The translations under genes were made by a program, and so were the position numbers. A stretch of DNA of 62,943 nucleotides, filler included, from Basidiobolus meristosporus CBS 931.73 (Eukaryota; Fungi; Basidiobolomycota): the NCBI GenBank assembly GCA_002104905.1. It is 4 parts of 4 records of this genome, joined end to end, with 100 filler letters (N's around TTAATTAATTAA, not from the genome) between each part and the next. Parts side by side here need not be neighbours in the genome. Positions count along the whole stretch, not along the records: positions 51,837 to 62,943 come from MCFE01001285.1; 3 more parts are not named here. The stretch is one strand, 5' to 3'. This document shows positions 59,615 through 62,943 of the stretch, in pieces (the first letter of the stretch is position 1; each line of letters starts with the position of its first letter). The notes below the pieces were generated by a model. The model was not told the origin of the DNA. It saw nothing but the letters and a program-made list of their open reading frames with translations, and ran no database searches.

Positions 59615-62159
59615 CCATCTTGGTCAGCCGGTCAGCCACTACAAGTATAGCATTGAAGCCACATGACTCAGGGAGGTCAGTAATGAAGTCCATAGATATA
59701 GATCTCCATTGGTGTTCTGGGATAGGCAGGGGCTGAAGAAGTCCATAAGGCTGGTGTCTGGCTGGTTTTGCACGGTTGCAAATATCACAAGTCAGAATGT
59801 ATTCTTTGATAAGAGTTATCATTCTAGGCCACCAGAAATCTCTTTTGATAGCATTCAAGGTTTTGGCAGTACCAAAGTGGCCTGCAGCCGTTGAATCATG
59901 CCAAGACTTAATGATGTCTAGCTGGGTGGCAAGGTCTGGGACATAAAGCTGCTGCTTGTGGTAGATGAGGTTGTTTACCAAATGCAGGTTCTGGATGTTT
60001 GGGAACTTGGGAGGGGGCCCAACTGGGGATTCCAGATATTTCTTGATGGTGCTGGAAGTCATATCAGAGGCTTGGGATTCTGATATCCTTACTAGGAATG
60101 AAGGGATGACAAGACTTGAGGACTGGGTGGCAAGAATCTCAAAATGTTTCTTGCTCAGCAATGGGTGTTCCATTTGCCAACAGGCATCATCTCCCTCTTC
60201 CAGGGCATATTCCTTTTTTCTGGACAGGGCATCAGGCTTTCCTTGCTTTGCACCAGGTCTATAGGTGATAGTAAAGTCAAAGCTGGACAGGAAGAGTGAC
60301 CATCTGGCTTGTCTCCGGTTTAGTACTTTGGAAGTTGCAAAGTACTCAAGGTTCTTATGGTCACAGAAGACTTTGATTTTGTGTTTTGCGCCGTCCAGGT
60401 AGTGTCTCCATTGCTCAAAGGCTACAATGATGGCAAGCAACTCCTTATCATAGATATCATAGTTGATCTCTGCAGGGGAAAACTTCCAAGAGTAGAATGC
60501 AATGGGGTGCAACACATTGTCCTCATCATACTGGGAGAGTATGGCACCAAGGGCAAAATCAGAAGCATCAGTCTCCACTATGAATTGCTTCTCAAGGTCA
60601 GGGTGGGCAAGCAGGGGGGCCTTCAGGAAAGATTTCTTGAGTTGGTTGAATGAGCTGGATTGCTCCTCATTCCAGGCAAAAGGTGTGTTCTTCTGGGTAA
60701 GCTTTGTCAGAGGGGTGACTATCTTGGAGTAGTTGGCTATGAACCTGCAATAGAAGTTGGCAAATCCCAGGAAGGATTGTACTTCCTTGACTGAGCCTGG
60801 AGTTTTCCAGGATTGGACTGAGTCAACTTTCTTTGGGTCCATTCTTGTTCCCTCAGGGCTGATGAGATAACCAAGAAATTCCACTTCTCTCTGGTCCAAT
60901 TCACACTTCTCTAGCTTGGCATAGAGACCAGCAGAGTCTAGTTTTCTCAATACTTTCTTGACATGCTCATCATGTTCATCTTGGCTCTTGGAGTATATGA
61001 GAATATCATCAAGGTAGATTACCACAAACTGGTCAAGGTATTCACGGAAAATGTCATTCATGAGGTGTTGAAACACAGCAGGGGCATTGGTGAGGCCAAA
61101 TGGCATTACTTTATATTCAAAGTGACCATATCTTGTGCAAAAGGCAGTTTTCCATTCATCACCGGGCTTGATTCTGACAAGATTGTAAGCTCCTCTCAAG
61201 TCAATCTTGGTGAAGACTTGGGCAGCAGACAGCTGATCCAGCAGTGTGTTGATCAGGGGCAGGGGGTAGCGGTTCTTGACTGTGATCTTATTCAAAGCAT
61301 GGTAGTCCACACACATTCTGAGTGTGCCATCCTTCTTCTTGACAAAGAGGATTGGGGCTCCAGCAGGTGATTTGGAGTGCTGAATAAAACCCTTCTGGAG
61401 GTTTTCTTCAATATAACCATGGAGTTCTTTCAACTCCGGCTGGGAGAGGTTATATATTGGGCCAAATGGAGGGACTTTTCCATCTTCAAGGTCAATAGGG
61501 CAGTCATAAGGCCGATGGTCAGGGAGGAGTTCTGCTTTCTTCTTGTCAAAGACATGGGCAAACTCTTGGTACTTGGCTGGTATGTTTGCTGGGGGGGCTC
61601 CTTCAGCTGGCAAGGTATCTTGGGCTGTTGAACTGTTGGCAACAGTCTTTTCACAGTTATCAGAGTCTGGAGATTTCATGGAGTTGACTTGGTGGAATCT
61701 GGTGAATGACAGGATTTTGGATTTCCAATCAATACTTGGATTGTGGTAACTCAGCCATGAGCTTCCAAGCACAATAGGATAGTGTGGTGAGTTGATGATG
61801 TTGAAGGCAATTCTTTCTTGGTGGGCAGTACTGGACAGCTGGAGTAAGCATGTTTCATGGGTAACGGCACCAGAGGAGAGTGATCTTCCATCAATAACTT
61901 CTACTTGGACTGGACAGGATTTCAAGGTAACAGGATTAGAGTGCTTCTGGACAAAGGCTTGGTCAATGAAACAGGATGAAGCACCGGAATCAATCAGGGC
62001 TAGGGCTGGGACAGGACTGGAGTCAGGGATCTGGATTTTGACAGGAATTCTCAAGGACTGGATGGATTTTGTGGCAAAGGAAGATTCTTGGATATGCTGG
62101 ATTTTCATGGGTGGGTCCAGTTGCAAGCCTGTCAGTGCAACTGGACATTGGAGTTTCCC
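59615..62159 (-). pseudogene. Chromovirus pol 5' part (PR, RT, RNase H, IN zinc finger), -1 frame relative to gag
   Basis: Open from the slippery site to DRLTKM at the TSD. Confidence 0.9.
62115..62159 (-). promoter_or_regulatory. -1 ribosomal frameshift signal
   Basis: G GGA AAC at 62159-62153 in gag frame, a 6-nt spacer, then a perfect 11-bp stem GTCCAGTTGCA/TGCAACTGGAC with a 10-nt loop. Confidence 0.9.
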
Positions 62160-62943
62160 GATGGATCTGAATCAGGTTGGTTACAGGAGGACTGCATCAG
62201 CTTGAAGCTGGACTTCTTGATGGGGCAGGACTTGGCAAAGTGACCTGGTTGGCCACAGTATAGACAGAGGTTGGCTTGTTGACGTCTGGACTTTTCACTC
62301 TTTGATAGTTTCTTGTATTTGGCACTATCAATCTGCATGGGATCTTCTGGAGTGACTTGGGGAGCAGGAGGGGCTGGGACTGCAACAGGAATGTGTCTTT
62401 GACGGTTCTTTTGCTTCTTCTGGAATAGTCTGTTATCACACCGGATTGCTTGGTGCATAGCTTCAACCAATGTATCTGGATCTGGGAGTGTGAGTAGCAG
62501 ATCACAAACTTCATCATTGAGGCCATCTTGGAATTGGCTAATCAAGGCTGCTTGACCCCAGGAGCTGAGGTCACTGGAGAGTTGTTGGAATTCTGAGGCA
62601 TAGACTGATGCTGGTTTGTTCCCTTGCTTGAGGGTCTTGATCTTGTTGGCAGCAGTTCTGGCTTGGTCAAGGTTACCAAATGTTAGCTCCATTTCAGTGA
62701 GAAAAGCTTGGTAGTCTCTGAGGAGGGGAGAATTGGTCTCCACTAATGGGGAGAACCACATGAGAGCTGTACCAGTAAGCAGGTTGGAGATGAAACCAAC
62801 TTTGGCCTGGTCAGTGGGGTACTGGTTGGGCTGGAGTGCAAGATTGTTCTTCACCATGTTGATGAAGCCACGGAATTCATTCTGCAAGCCATTGAACTTG
62901 GTAGCAGGAGTATACTTGGGTTCTTGGTAGACTGGGACATGGC
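62132..62943 (-). CDS. Chromovirus gag (runs off the window edge)
   Basis: EPK..KFNG..RGFI, retrotransposon gag core LKQGNKPASVYASEFQQL, FQDGLNDEV, MQID, CCHC knuckle. Confidence 0.9.
   Translation of the reverse strand, partial: HVPVYQEPKYTPATKFNGLQNEFRGFINMVKNNLALQPNQYPTDQAKVGFISNLLTGTALMWFSPLVETNSPLLRDYQAFLTEMELTFGNLDQARTAANKIKTLKQGNKPASVYASEFQQLSSDLSSWGQAALISQFQDGLNDEVCDLLLTLPDPDTLVEAMHQAIRCDNRLFQKKQKNRQRHIPVAVPAPPAPQVTPEDPMQIDSAKYKKLSKSEKSRRQQANLCLYCGQPGHFAKSCPIKKSSFKLMQSSCNQPDSDPSGNSNVQLH

Larger units (their letters stand above)
53397..62943 (-). mobile_element. Ty3/gypsy chromovirus, 5' end beyond the window, interrupted by copia A copy 2
   Basis: Gag with CCHC knuckle (CLYCGQPGHFAKSC); PR DSGAS; RT YLDD; RNase H ETDASD..DKELLAI; IN HPQSNGQTE; C-terminal chromodomain YLVDWIGYDPSDQTWEP; PPT ggaagaggagaatag. 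Confidence 0.95.

Overview
Eukaryotic (fungal) DNA. The window is four contigs joined by artificial 100-bp spacers (44 N + TTAATTAATTAA + 44 N at 16454-16553, 39982-40081, 51737-51836), so adjacency across spacers is not biological. Contigs A (1-16453), B (16554-39981) and D (51837-62943) are almost entirely nested transposable elements with strong CpG-specific decay. They hold two Ty1/copia families primed by the tRNA-iMet anticodon half. Family A has one intact copy at 54928-59614, one copy with a single frameshift at 34455-39142 and many decayed copies; family B is at 28032-32713. They also hold a chromodomain Ty3/gypsy element with a clear -1 frameshift signal, interrupted by the intact copia, plus solo LTRs with 4-bp TSDs, CMC/EnSpm remnants, and two MITE families, one tied to a PHIS-type transposase with ANT TSDs. 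Contig C (40082-51736) is CpG-normal and gene-bearing: a PHO80/PCL-like cyclin, an isocitrate lyase with an unusual 134-aa S/N/Q/Y-rich tail, DRS1/DDX27 helicase, and an AP-4 sigma-like adaptin. The adaptin reading frame is only restored by an 82-nt U12-type AT-AC intron next to a 12-nt microexon. Short introns, an AP-4-like subunit and a minor intron point to an early-diverging fungus (Basidiobolus-like); this is inference, not verified. All coordinates and alignments were read by hand.
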